Source: Candidatus Saccharimonadota bacterium
Lineage (GTDB): Bacteria; Patescibacteriota; Saccharimonadia; Saccharimonadales; JAXHMH01
NCBI GenBank assembly: GCA_034521515.1
Contig: JAXHMH010000002.1
Location: forward strand, 576,444-640,443
Reading direction: 5' to 3'
DNA length: 64,000 nucleotides
Shown here in pieces: positions 22,985 through 32,935 of the stretch. Under the pieces are notes generated by a model that was not told the origin of the DNA, ran no database searches, and saw only the letters and a program-made list of their open reading frames with translations. The position numbers were made by a program, and so were the translations under genes. The number at the start of each line of letters is the position of its first letter. Positions within the stretch are counted from its first letter, which is position 1.

Positions 22985-23668
22985 ATGCCCGAACACTATT
23001 ACGCAGAACATAAGCCACATAAACGCAAACTTCGTCTACTGTTGAAAACTACAGTTGTTACAGCTCTTGTGTTGGTTTTGATTGCGGTTGGCTGGTTTCT
23101 AGTTCCGCTTTTTGAGCAACAAGAACCTGAACCCGTTACGTCTGATCTGCAGATTAGTTCGGAGGTATCGCCGTTGACGGTGTTTCGGTCGGCTTACTTT
23201 CAATTCCAAGCCAGTGATAAATGGGTAGAAGATGCTAAGGCCTCATCCGATGATTTTTATATGTACAGAGCTTACCGTGGGCGCTTGATTGAGCATGACC
23301 TTCAGGTATACGTAAACCCGACTCCTGCTGAAATGGCGCGTCTCCGAGCTTCCAGAGTGGTCGCTGTTAATCCAACAAAGGACGGTCTACTAAACGCTAA
23401 GAATGGTATAAGCGATCATTGTGGTGAGTCAATAGAAGATCAAAACAAAAGTCCAAGAACAATTACTTTCAGCGGCGTAACTTTTACGTGCCTGGTAGAT
23501 GGCGTAATTTTTGATGTACTCGCAGGAGAAGACGGCGGTGAACCGCTTATAACACTACAGCGGCCAGATAACGGTGAGGCGCAATACGTTTTGTATTATA
23601 GAGACTTGCGAGCAAACCCTGACGGAAAAGAGTTTGAAGAGATTATTAATACATTCCAATCACGATAA
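22985..23668 (+). CDS. N-terminally membrane-anchored extracytoplasmic protein (227 aa), unknown function
   Basis: It has a basic N-terminus and one TM (TTVVTALVLVLIAVGWFLVPLF). It lies inside the surface cluster. Confidence 0.65.
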   Translation: MPEHYYAEHKPHKRKLRLLLKTTVVTALVLVLIAVGWFLVPLFEQQEPEPVTSDLQISSEVSPLTVFRSAYFQFQASDKWVEDAKASSDDFYMYRAYRGRLIEHDLQVYVNPTPAEMARLRASRVVAVNPTKDGLLNAKNGISDHCGESIEDQNKSPRTITFSGVTFTCLVDGVIFDVLAGEDGGEPLITLQRPDNGEAQYVLYYRDLRANPDGKEFEEIINTFQSR

Positions 23669-23768
23669 AGCTGTGGAAAACTACTAACTAATAGTTGCAC
23701 AAGCCATAAGCATCGTGGTATAAAGTTGTTATAGCTATCAAAATACAAACAGTTATAAGGAGAAATCC

Positions 23769-25084
23769 ATGCCGAAATCATTAGAACTAACAAGACGAGT
23801 CAGCTTATTATTAGCTGCCGGGGTTCTCGCATTAGTGGCTTTGTTGCCAGCCTTTGGAATAGGACAAGTTGGAGCCGAGCAGCTAACATCCCGTAGCGCA
23901 ACCATAGACAAATCCTACCCTGAAGCAACCGATGTTGAGTACGTCTTTGAATTTGACATCCCAACTGGCGGCGGAACAGCTGTTCAAAGTATCCGTTTGC
24001 AGTGGTGTACACAGCCGCTTGGAACATGTGTAGCTCCAACAGATTCCGGCACAGCTTTTGATGCCTCTGGCTTTACGGTTGATGCCCAAAGCTTTACAGA
24101 AACCGGAACCTTTGCCAGCAACGGAGGCATTGATGAAAACGACTGTACGGCTGCAACCAACTCCACATACGAGGTTTGTTTAACCCGAACACAAACAACA
24201 CCAGAAGATGTCGGCACGAAATCCATTACGCTAAGTGGCATAAATCACCCGGACGATGAGCAAACCATATATGTTCGTATAAACCTATATAGCGGTGAAG
24301 ATTTTGCTACTGCTGATCACCAACACTACGGTGTGGTTGCAGCCGCAATCGTACAGCAGATTACCGTGACTGCTCGTGTCCAAGAACGTTTGGTATTTTG
24401 TGTAGGGACAGAGACGAGTGCAGGTTCGGCAGCTGCTACGGATGATTGCGCAGAAGTTAGCGGCACTACTCAGGATCTTGGGGCGGTCGACTTTCTTGCC
24501 GTGTGTGTGACATTGAGTAACCCTTGTGAAACAAACAACCCTAGCGATACAACTGGCTCATTTGCCCTTGTCGCCACCAATGCTCAAGAAGGCGCAGGAG
24601 TAACCTACTATGCCGAACAGGATACCACCGGTGGCGCTTCTGATCACCTGGGCTCATGCTACGTATTCCTGGCGCAGATTGTGAAAACGAACCAACTGAA
24701 TCATCGGTTGACCAGTGTTTCAATAGTGCTGGCTGGGATGATGGAATCCCCGGTTTTAACGCACCAGTTAATATAGTGGCTGGAACAGAATCATTCGGCA
24801 TGACCGTGTCAGATATCAACCAGGGCGGCCTGACTTCTAACATGGTACGAGATGCTGACTATAGAGGTGATGGATCGACTGGCAATGCCACAGCTTGTAC
24901 CGGTGCAGCAGACGAGCCATGCTGGGCATGGGATCCGACTGGCGACGTCGTACCGATAGCTAGCTCGAATGACGTACTTGATAACGAAGTTCTGTTGATT
25001 CAGTTTGCTGCGACTGCTTCACTGACCACCCCAACTGGTCAATATGCTGTCACCAGTACATACGTAGCAACACCGACGTTTTAG
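23769..25084 (+). pseudogene. Frameshifted tandem paralog of 25133..26446 (ORFs 23769..24776 and 24656..25084)
   Basis: It reads ggctcaTGctacg where the intact copy reads ggctcactacg. The extra TG at 24657-24658 breaks the frame and creates an in-frame ATG for the distal part. Confidence 0.8.
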
Positions 25085-25132
25085 TCTAAGTTACACCAAT
25101 AAAAATAAACAAAAACAAAAATAGGAGAAAAG

Positions 25133-26446
25133 ATGAAAACACAAGAAATATTATTTAAAAGAGCGGTGTCATACATTGCAATAGCTGTATTGTTAGTTGC
25201 AAGTTTGTTGCCATTAATGAGTAGCCAAATTGTAAGTGCCGAGCAGCTACCATCCCGTAGCGCAACCATAGACAAATCGTACCCTGAAGCAACCGATGTT
25301 GAGTACGTCTTTGAATTTGACATCCCAACCGGCGGCGACACGGCTGTTCAAAGTATACGTATCCAGTGGTGTCAAGATCCGCTTGGAACATGTGTAGCTC
25401 CAACAGATTCCGGCACAGCTTTTGATGCCTCGAGTTTTACAGTTGATGCTCAGAGCTTCTCGCAAGCAACTGCTTTTGCTAGCAACGGAGGCATTGATGA
25501 AAATGATTGTACAGCTGCAACTAATGGTGCATTTGAAGCCTGTCTAACTCGAACTGAAGCGCTTGACGAAACTTCCGGCACGAAATCCATTACGCTAAGT
25601 GGCATAAATCACCCGGACGATGAGCAAACCATATATGTTCGTATAAACCTATATAGCGGTGAAGATTTTGCTACTGCTGATCACCAACACTACGGTGTGG
25701 TTGCAGCCGCAATCGTACAGCAGATTACCGTGACTGCTCGTGTCCAAGAACGTTTGGTATTTTGTGTAGGGACAGATACTACTGAAGCAACCGACGGCGA
25801 TACGGATCAATGTACGGAAATTAGCGGCACTACTCAGGATCTTGGGGCGGTCGACTTTCTTGACGTGTGTGTGACATTGAGTAACCCCTGCGAGACAACC
25901 GGGCAGGGTGGAGCCAGCGGTTCATACGCCCTTGTCGCCACCAATGCTCAAGAAGGCGCAGGAGTAACCTACTATGCCGAACAGGATACCACCGGTGGCG
26001 CTTCTGATCACCTGGGCTCACTACGTATTCCTGGCGCAGATTGTGAAAACGAACCAACTGAATCATCGGTTGACCAGTGTTTCAATAGTGCTGGCTGGGA
26101 TGACGGAATCCCCGGTTTTAACGCACCAGTTAATATAGTGGCTGGAACAGAATCATTCGGCATGACCGTGTCAGATATCAACCAGGGCGGCCTGACTTCT
26201 AACATGGTACGAGATGCTGACTATAGAGGTGATGGATCGACTGGCAATGCCACAGCTTGTACCGGTGCAGCAGACGAGCCATGCTGGGCATGGGATCCGA
26301 CTGGCGACGTCGTACCGATAGCTAGCTCGAATGACGTACTTGATAACGAAGTTCTGTTGATTCAGTTTGCTGCGACTGCTTCACTGACCACCCCAACTGG
26401 TCAATATGCTGTCACCAGTACATACGTAGCAACACCGACGTTTTAG
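25133..26446 (+). CDS. Secreted major subunit-like protein (437 aa), Cys-rich; ends ..TGQYAVTSTYVATPTF
   Basis: A signal peptide is followed by the L(P/T)SRS motif. It has an N-domain shared with 26496 and a C-domain shared with 22158/26496. Confidence 0.85.
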   Translation: MKTQEILFKRAVSYIAIAVLLVASLLPLMSSQIVSAEQLPSRSATIDKSYPEATDVEYVFEFDIPTGGDTAVQSIRIQWCQDPLGTCVAPTDSGTAFDASSFTVDAQSFSQATAFASNGGIDENDCTAATNGAFEACLTRTEALDETSGTKSITLSGINHPDDEQTIYVRINLYSGEDFATADHQHYGVVAAAIVQQITVTARVQERLVFCVGTDTTEATDGDTDQCTEISGTTQDLGAVDFLDVCVTLSNPCETTGQGGASGSYALVATNAQEGAGVTYYAEQDTTGGASDHLGSLRIPGADCENEPTESSVDQCFNSAGWDDGIPGFNAPVNIVAGTESFGMTVSDINQGGLTSNMVRDADYRGDGSTGNATACTGAADEPCWAWDPTGDVVPIASSNDVLDNEVLLIQFAATASLTTPTGQYAVTSTYVATPTF

Positions 26447-26495
26447 TCTAAGTTAACGGTTACGTTTTACATGGTTTTGTTCTAAACTATAACCA

Positions 26496-27542
26496 ATGCA
26501 AAAAAACGTACGCAAAAAAATCTTGTCGATTGTTACGGTGCTAACACTTGTGTTGGCACCGTTACTAATTGTTCGACCTGCTCACGCAGCGTTATTGACT
26601 AGTCGCTCGGTACAGGTGTTAAACCCTCAAGGCGGAGCAACCACAAGTTATATTTTTGGTTTTGATATTAATTCCTCAAACTCAGTCGGTTCTATAAAGT
26701 TTGAATTTTGCAGTAATACGCCTTTATTTTCAACACCCTGTACACCGCCAACAGGGTTAGATGTGTCACTGGCTAGTCTTGATTTTGAAGCAGGAGAGAC
26801 TGGCTTTAGTATGCACTCAGCAACTGACGACAACACCATTGTGATAAGCCGTACTTCAACTGTCACCACACCAGGGCCTAGCCAATACGTGTTTGATAAC
26901 GTAACAAATCCAAGCGCTCCAAACGATTCAACTTATGTTCGGATTAGCCTACACTCAACTGATGATGGAAGCGGGCCGTTTGTTGACGATGGTGCGGTTG
27001 TTTTTAGCACTGTAACTTCTATAACTACCACTGCTTATGTCCCTCCTTTCTTGGTGTTCTGTGTTGGAGTAACAATTGCCCCGGACTGTAGCTCCAGTGC
27101 TGGATTTTTGGTTGATCTTGGTGAGTTTGACACATCAGCTGCAAAGACCGGAACATCGCAGTTCGCCGGCGCAACCAATGATCCTGACGGCTTCTCGGTC
27201 TCAGTACACGGTACGACCCTAACTTCAGGCAATAACGTTATACCCGCCCTTAATCCGTCAGCCGCAAGCTTACCCGGAACATCACAGTTTGGGATTAATC
27301 TACGCAGTAACACTAACCCATCCGTTGGCAGTAACCCTACAGGTAGCGGTACATCCGCACCAGTAAGTGGATACGGCACAGTTAATCAATTTAGGTTTCA
27401 GCCAGGTTCGGTTATATCTGAATCGAATATCCCGACTCACTTTACCGTAATGACAGTGTCATACATGGCGAACATTTCCCCGCAGCAGCCTCCCGGCGTT
27501 TATAGCGGGACGTTTACATATACCGCGGTTGCAGATTTTTAA
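26496..27542 (+). CDS. Secreted subunit-like protein (348 aa); ends ..PGVYSGTFTYTAVADF
   Basis: A signal peptide is followed by LLTSRS and PGTSQFGINLRSNTNPSVGSNPT. It belongs to the same two-domain family. Confidence 0.85.
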   Translation: MQKNVRKKILSIVTVLTLVLAPLLIVRPAHAALLTSRSVQVLNPQGGATTSYIFGFDINSSNSVGSIKFEFCSNTPLFSTPCTPPTGLDVSLASLDFEAGETGFSMHSATDDNTIVISRTSTVTTPGPSQYVFDNVTNPSAPNDSTYVRISLHSTDDGSGPFVDDGAVVFSTVTSITTTAYVPPFLVFCVGVTIAPDCSSSAGFLVDLGEFDTSAAKTGTSQFAGATNDPDGFSVSVHGTTLTSGNNVIPALNPSAASLPGTSQFGINLRSNTNPSVGSNPTGSGTSAPVSGYGTVNQFRFQPGSVISESNIPTHFTVMTVSYMANISPQQPPGVYSGTFTYTAVADF

Positions 27543-27629
27543 CCTGAAGAGAATTGCGCAGGGCACGCGTTCCTTGTACAATGATGTTTAGTTATAATGG
27601 AAACGGGAAATTAAGGAGGGATGATAAGT

Positions 27630-28610
27630 ATGAAGGTATTTGGCAAGCTGCTGACGGTTATTTCAGTAGCATCACTTGGTTTTATTAGTTTGGCACCAGC
27701 AGTTCTTGCTCAACAGCAAGGCGGGAGTGGCCTGAGCGTATCGCCAACACGCACAGAGTTGCGTATTGAGCCAGGTTCAAGCAGTACGTTTACGATTAAC
27801 GTACGTAACGTTACAACTAACAGTATTACTGCTAGGCCAGTGGTCAATGATTTTTACTCGGATGATGAGACCGGGCAACCACAAATTGTAGTTAACGAAG
27901 AGATTGATGTCCCAAGCATACGCCCGTTTATGCCGGAGCTAGACGAGATCACGCTCGCTGAAGGTGAAGATCAATCGGTTGAGATCGTAGTTTCCGTGCC
28001 TGAAGATACAGCTCCTGGCGGATACTACGGTGTCGTTCGATATTTAGCTGTTCCTGAAGGAGCCCCTAGCCAGGACGACGGGCAGGTGTCTTTAACTGCT
28101 AGTGTCTCATCAATCTTACTCGTGGAAGTACCTGGTGAAATTCGCGAACAAGTACAGCTGAGAAATATTGAATTTTATCGACAGGATATTGCTGGGACAT
28201 TCTTTACATCACCTCCAGAGCAAGTTGGGTTGCACATTGTTAATCAAGGCAATGGTTTTGAAAAGCCATTTGGCAACGTGTCGGTATCAAATATGTTTGG
28301 TAATGAAGTACATAATTACGAGATAAATACCGGGAACCCTCGGAGCAATGTATTGCCGGAAAGTAGCCGTACCTTCAAGAATGATATTGAAGGAGTAAGT
28401 ATGCCAGGACGTTACATAGCTACCGCTAGTGTTAGTTTTGGTAATGGCGGTGAAGTACTCATACTAAGCGATTCGTTTTGGTACTTGCCGGCGTGGTTCG
28501 TCATAGGCGTGTTAGTATTAATCATTCTGATCGGTACCGGCGTCTATTATGCACGCAAGCGCGTCACTACGGGGAGCTTTAAAACCAAGTCCAGTTCTAG
28601 TAAGAAATAA
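27630..28610 (+). CDS. Two-Ig-like-domain exported protein with a C-terminal TM anchor and basic tail (DUF916/DUF3324-like, PapD-like N-domain pattern)
   Basis: The SD AAGGAGGG lies 9 nt before ATG 27630. GLSVSPTRTELRIEPGSSSTFTINVRNVT resembles the first strand pattern of pilus chaperones and DUF916. APGGYYGVV, PGRYIATASV, a C-terminal TM and YYARKRV are also present. Confidence 0.75.
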   Translation: MKVFGKLLTVISVASLGFISLAPAVLAQQQGGSGLSVSPTRTELRIEPGSSSTFTINVRNVTTNSITARPVVNDFYSDDETGQPQIVVNEEIDVPSIRPFMPELDEITLAEGEDQSVEIVVSVPEDTAPGGYYGVVRYLAVPEGAPSQDDGQVSLTASVSSILLVEVPGEIREQVQLRNIEFYRQDIAGTFFTSPPEQVGLHIVNQGNGFEKPFGNVSVSNMFGNEVHNYEINTGNPRSNVLPESSRTFKNDIEGVSMPGRYIATASVSFGNGGEVLILSDSFWYLPAWFVIGVLVLIILIGTGVYYARKRVTTGSFKTKSSSSKK

Positions 28611-28692
28611 ATATATTGCGGTAAACTAAAATAACCTCTTCTGTACGGCCGTATGCTAGTATAAGGAGAGGTTATTTAGCATAACAAGAAAC

Positions 28693-29574
28693 ATGACACG
28701 TCTAATACAAACAACACTAATTATTGCAATTTTGATGGTACCGTTCATGTTACCAACCATAGCGAAGGCGCAATCTTCCGAACAAAGTGGTTCTGTTGGT
28801 GTTGAAGGGCGCATCAGCTCGCCGCCACCTACGACTGGAGCAACGATCACATCTCCAAGTAACGGCCAAACCTTCAGCGAAGTCCCAATTACGGTGTCGG
28901 GGCTTTGTTCGGACGATTTGCTTATAAAGTTGTTTAAGAACAATGTTTTTGCTGGATCAGCTCAGTGTGACAACGGCAGCTACTCTATTGTGACCGACCT
29001 GTTTTCCGGCGACAACGAGCTAGTGGCACGGGTGTTTGACGAACTTGATCAAGCAGGGCCGGATTCAAACACAGTTTCCGTAGTATTTGATAATCCAGCT
29101 CCTGGAGGCATAGCCCGTCCGACACTGACTAGTAGTTTTGCCAAGAGGGGGGCTAACCCGGGGCAAACCTTGACGTGGCCTGTGTCGTTGAGCGGCGGAC
29201 AGGGGCCGTATGCAATGAGTGTCGATTGGGGTGACGGTACACCGCCGGATCTGTTTACGATCGGGCTACCCGGCGAGTTTGACATTGAACATGTCTACGA
29301 TAACCCTGGAGTGTATAACGTTGTGGTTAGGGCAACTGATAATAATGATACAGCTGCCTTCTTACAGTTGGTAGGAGTCGCTAACGGGCCTCTCAGCCAA
29401 ACGGATGCTGATGCAGCAGGGGAAGGTCAGGCGACAGCCGCGGCACGAACTCGTATACTTTGGCAGCCGGCGGCCATATTGATACCGTTTATATTCTCAA
29501 CTTTTTGGCTCGGCAAGAAATATCAACTACATTCAATTCGTAGCAAGATTGAGCGCGGCGAACGCCCTTTCTAG
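28693..29574 (+). CDS. Exported Ig-like plus PKD-domain protein with a C-terminal TM anchor
   Basis: It has a signal peptide. WGDGTPPD...EHVYDNPGVYNVVVRATDNND is a PKD signature. The C-terminal TM is AAILIPFIFSTFWLG. Confidence 0.8.
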   Translation: MTRLIQTTLIIAILMVPFMLPTIAKAQSSEQSGSVGVEGRISSPPPTTGATITSPSNGQTFSEVPITVSGLCSDDLLIKLFKNNVFAGSAQCDNGSYSIVTDLFSGDNELVARVFDELDQAGPDSNTVSVVFDNPAPGGIARPTLTSSFAKRGANPGQTLTWPVSLSGGQGPYAMSVDWGDGTPPDLFTIGLPGEFDIEHVYDNPGVYNVVVRATDNNDTAAFLQLVGVANGPLSQTDADAAGEGQATAAARTRILWQPAAILIPFIFSTFWLGKKYQLHSIRSKIERGERPF

Positions 29575-29638
29575 AGTTTTCTTTTCCAAACCTACACCGC
29601 AGTAGCGAACAATAAAAGTAGTTATGTAATATTCTAGC

Positions 29639-29665
29639 TATTTCCAAGACCAGGTCTTGGAAATA
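29639..29665 (+). terminator. Hairpin tatttccaagac-cag-gtcttggaaata after the surface cluster
   Basis: A perfect 12-bp stem was read directly. There is no strong T-run. Confidence 0.5.
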
Positions 29666-29822
29666 AGAATAATATGGTATAGCTATATTTTTGTACTAGC
29701 TATAGCTAAGCTAGAGTGATAGGAAGTGGCGAGATGTCTGATAAAATAGGCCAGATGAAGACCATGGCTTTTGCAGTTGGATGTGATGTGGGTGATGCGA
29801 CGAGCAACGGAGTGAGGTGTAC

Positions 29823-30992
29823 ATGACGTACAGCGAACGAGTAGCGGACATACAGAGGTCGCAGCACGCCAAAAGAACTGTCAGTGTTGCGAGCTCTACA
29901 CGCAAGCAGGACAGTGAGGCGCATAAGCCATGTGTGTATGTTGGAATGAGCGGCGGGGTGGATAGCTCCGTCACGGCAGCCTTGCTCAAAGAACATGGTT
30001 ATAAGGTTGTAGGTGTGTTCATGAAAAATTGGAGCAAAGACCTGCCCGGTTTCCCGTGCCCCTGGAAAGAAGACTATCAAGACGCCAAGCGCGTAGCTGT
30101 ACAGTTAGGCATCGACTTTAAAATGTATGATTTTGAGACCCAGTATCGCCAAAAGGTGGTAGATTATATGATTAATGAATACCAGGCTGGGCGCACTCCA
30201 AACCCGGACATCGTGTGCAATCAGGAAGTAAAGTTCAAGTTGTTTTTAGATGCGGCTTTAGGGGACGGCGCTGATTTGATAGCAACAGGACATTACGCAA
30301 AAGTTAGCAAAAGGCAAAAGGCAAAAGGCAAAAAGGGAACTGCAGAGTTACAAAAAGCCAAGGACGACAACAAGGATCAAACATATTTTTTGTATCGGGT
30401 GACGGAAGCAGCGCTAGAAAAAACACTGTTTCCTCTGGGTGATTACACCAAGCCGGAAGTGCGCAAACTCGCCAAGAAATTCGGGTTGGTTACAGCTGGT
30501 AAGAAGGAGAGCATGGGGATTTGTTTTGTCGGTAAGGTCGGCATTAAAGAGTTCTTGCAGCAGTACGTCAAAACCGAGCCTGGCGTAATCAAAGATCAGA
30601 ACGGTGTCACGATTGGCGAACACGATGGCGCAATCTTCTACACCATCGGCCAGCGGCATGGCATGAATGTTGGCGGTGGCCTGCCTTTCTACGTTACCGG
30701 CAAAGATATGGATAAAAACGAGGTTTACGTCACGTCTGACATCGCTGACAAAAATCTATGGAGTAAAGCCATTAAACTTACAAGTACACACTGGATTAAC
30801 GGAGCACCGGAGTCCGGTAGAACCTATCGGGTAAGGACGCGTCACCGCGCCCCGCTCGTAGAAGCCACGCTCATTTCTGCTGAACCAAATGCGCAGCTAG
30901 AACTAAAAGATGAAATCCGCGCCCTCACGCCAGGTCAATCCGCTGTCCTCTACGATGGAGACCGCGTCTTAGGCGGCGGCATCGTCATCTAG
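29823..30992 (+). CDS. mnmA: tRNA 2-thiouridine(34) synthase MnmA with an N-terminal extension (ORF opens at 29817)
   Basis: The PP-loop GMSGGVDSS and the TGHYA, DQTYFL and ICF blocks are present. The SD GGAGTGAGG lies before ATG 29823. Confidence 0.92.
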   Translation: MTYSERVADIQRSQHAKRTVSVASSTRKQDSEAHKPCVYVGMSGGVDSSVTAALLKEHGYKVVGVFMKNWSKDLPGFPCPWKEDYQDAKRVAVQLGIDFKMYDFETQYRQKVVDYMINEYQAGRTPNPDIVCNQEVKFKLFLDAALGDGADLIATGHYAKVSKRQKAKGKKGTAELQKAKDDNKDQTYFLYRVTEAALEKTLFPLGDYTKPEVRKLAKKFGLVTAGKKESMGICFVGKVGIKEFLQQYVKTEPGVIKDQNGVTIGEHDGAIFYTIGQRHGMNVGGGLPFYVTGKDMDKNEVYVTSDIADKNLWSKAIKLTSTHWINGAPESGRTYRVRTRHRAPLVEATLISAEPNAQLELKDEIRALTPGQSAVLYDGDRVLGGGIVI

Positions 30993-31018
30993 GGTGACCT
31001 CTGGTACAATACATACTA

Positions 31019-32935
31019 ATGAATGCACAACAAATCCGTAAGGCTTACTTAGATTTCTTTAAGCAGCGTGATCACGAGGTGATTCCGCGGGCTTTGCTCG
31101 TACCGTACAATGACCCAACCACACTGTTTACCGGCTCGGGTATGCAGCCGCTTATTCCGTACTTGCTAGGTGAACCACATCAGGAAGGCAATAGGCTTGT
31201 AAACAGTCAGACCTGTCTGCGTGCTCAGGATATTGATGATATTGGTGATAACCGCCACACCACATTTTTTGAAATGCTTGGCAACTGGAGCTTGGGTGAT
31301 TATTTTAAAAAAGATCAGATTAGGTGGTTTTTCGAGTTTCTGACAGATGTCGTCGGCCTCGACCCTAACAAAATTTACGTGACGTGTTTTATAGGTAGCA
31401 AAGAGCATAACATTCCGCGTGATGACGAAGCTGCCGGGATTTGGCAGGAGCTGTTTAAAGAAAAAGGTATTGACGCCAAGATTGTAGAAGTCGGCTCGCA
31501 AGAAGACGGCGACAAGCGAGGAATACACCCAGGTGAGCGGATTTTCTTTTACGACGACGGCGAAAACTGGTGGAGCCGTGCCGGTGGCCTAGACAAGACG
31601 CCGATTGGTGACCCATGTGGGCCAGACAGCGAAGTATTTTATGACTTTGGTGACCAAAACCATGCTGAAGGTTACGGAGAACCACACCCGGCCAGCGACT
31701 CCGGCCGATTTATGGAAATCGGCAACCAAGTATTTATGCAGTATCGTCGCACAGAAGCTGGTTTTGAGCCGCTCGCTAAACCAAATGTTGACTTTGGCGG
31801 TGGCCTAGAACGCATTGCCGCAGCTGCAATCGACAGCCCAGACGTGTTTTGGATTAGCCTGATTCATCCAATTGTCACAGAGCTAGAAAAGCTCAGCGGC
31901 AAAAAGTACGACAGCCACACCGAAAGTATGCGGGTTATTGCTGATCATTTGCGGGTCGCTACATTCCTGGCAGTTGACGGCGTAAAGCCAAGCAACAAAG
32001 AGCAGGGTTATGTCATGCGCCGGTTGGTTCGTCGAGCTATCCGTTACGCCTTTGATCTGGGTGTTGAGCAGAACTTTTTAGAGAACATCGTGCCTGTTAT
32101 TACAGACATATATCACGATGATTTCCCAGAAGTTGCCGCCAAGCGCCAAGAAGTTATAGATACGCTAATTAAAGAAGAAAAAGCCTTCCGCCAAACGATT
32201 CGAAAAGGCTTAAAAGAGTTTCAAAACCTTTTCGGAGTTGAAAGTGGAAAGTCTAAAGTACAAAGTCACGGTGCAGCAATCTTTACTCTTTATGACACCT
32301 ATGGATTCCCGGTTGAGCTAAGTGTTGAAGAAGCGTTTAAGCAAGATATCAAACTTGATGAAAATTGGCGTGAGCAGTTCGAGGCGAGGATGAAAGAGCA
32401 GCGGGAGCGGAGTCAAACGGCGGCCAAAGGGGCGTTTAAGGGTGGTCTGGGTGGACAGACCATGCAGCACAAGAAGTACCATACTGCAACACACTTGATG
32501 TATCAGGCCTTGCGCGACGTACTGGGCGACCACGTCATTCAGCGTGGTAGTAACATTACTGAAGAACGCCTGCGCTTTGATTTTAGCCACCCAGAAAAGG
32601 TTACTCGCGAGCAGCTTGATGAAGTTGAGGAAATCGTTAACCGAGAAATTGCGAAAGATTTACGTATTAGCTGGGCTGAATATCCGACGGAAGAAGCCAC
32701 TGGACGCTTAGGCGCGCTCGGGCAGTTCGGTGATCGTTATGGTGATACGGTCAAGGTTTATTCCATGAAGAATCCAAAAGCGCCAGAGGATGAACGGCCG
32801 TTTAGTTTTGAAATTTGTGGCGGCCCGCACGTTGATCATACTCTGCAACTGTTTGAGGATGGTAAAAAGTTTAAAATCATCAAAGAGGAGGCCAGCTCCG
32901 CCGGCATCCGCCGCATCAAAGCCGTCCTGGTTTAG
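31019..32935 (+). CDS. alaS: Alanyl-tRNA synthetase, short form (638 aa, catalytic plus editing core, no C-Ala domain)
   Basis: FTGSGMQ, FFEMLGNWS, the editing motifs HTATHLM and CGGPHV, and the C-terminus SAGIRRIKAV. Confidence 0.93.
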   Translation: MNAQQIRKAYLDFFKQRDHEVIPRALLVPYNDPTTLFTGSGMQPLIPYLLGEPHQEGNRLVNSQTCLRAQDIDDIGDNRHTTFFEMLGNWSLGDYFKKDQIRWFFEFLTDVVGLDPNKIYVTCFIGSKEHNIPRDDEAAGIWQELFKEKGIDAKIVEVGSQEDGDKRGIHPGERIFFYDDGENWWSRAGGLDKTPIGDPCGPDSEVFYDFGDQNHAEGYGEPHPASDSGRFMEIGNQVFMQYRRTEAGFEPLAKPNVDFGGGLERIAAAAIDSPDVFWISLIHPIVTELEKLSGKKYDSHTESMRVIADHLRVATFLAVDGVKPSNKEQGYVMRRLVRRAIRYAFDLGVEQNFLENIVPVITDIYHDDFPEVAAKRQEVIDTLIKEEKAFRQTIRKGLKEFQNLFGVESGKSKVQSHGAAIFTLYDTYGFPVELSVEEAFKQDIKLDENWREQFEARMKEQRERSQTAAKGAFKGGLGGQTMQHKKYHTATHLMYQALRDVLGDHVIQRGSNITEERLRFDFSHPEKVTREQLDEVEEIVNREIAKDLRISWAEYPTEEATGRLGALGQFGDRYGDTVKVYSMKNPKAPEDERPFSFEICGGPHVDHTLQLFEDGKKFKIIKEEASSAGIRRIKAVLV

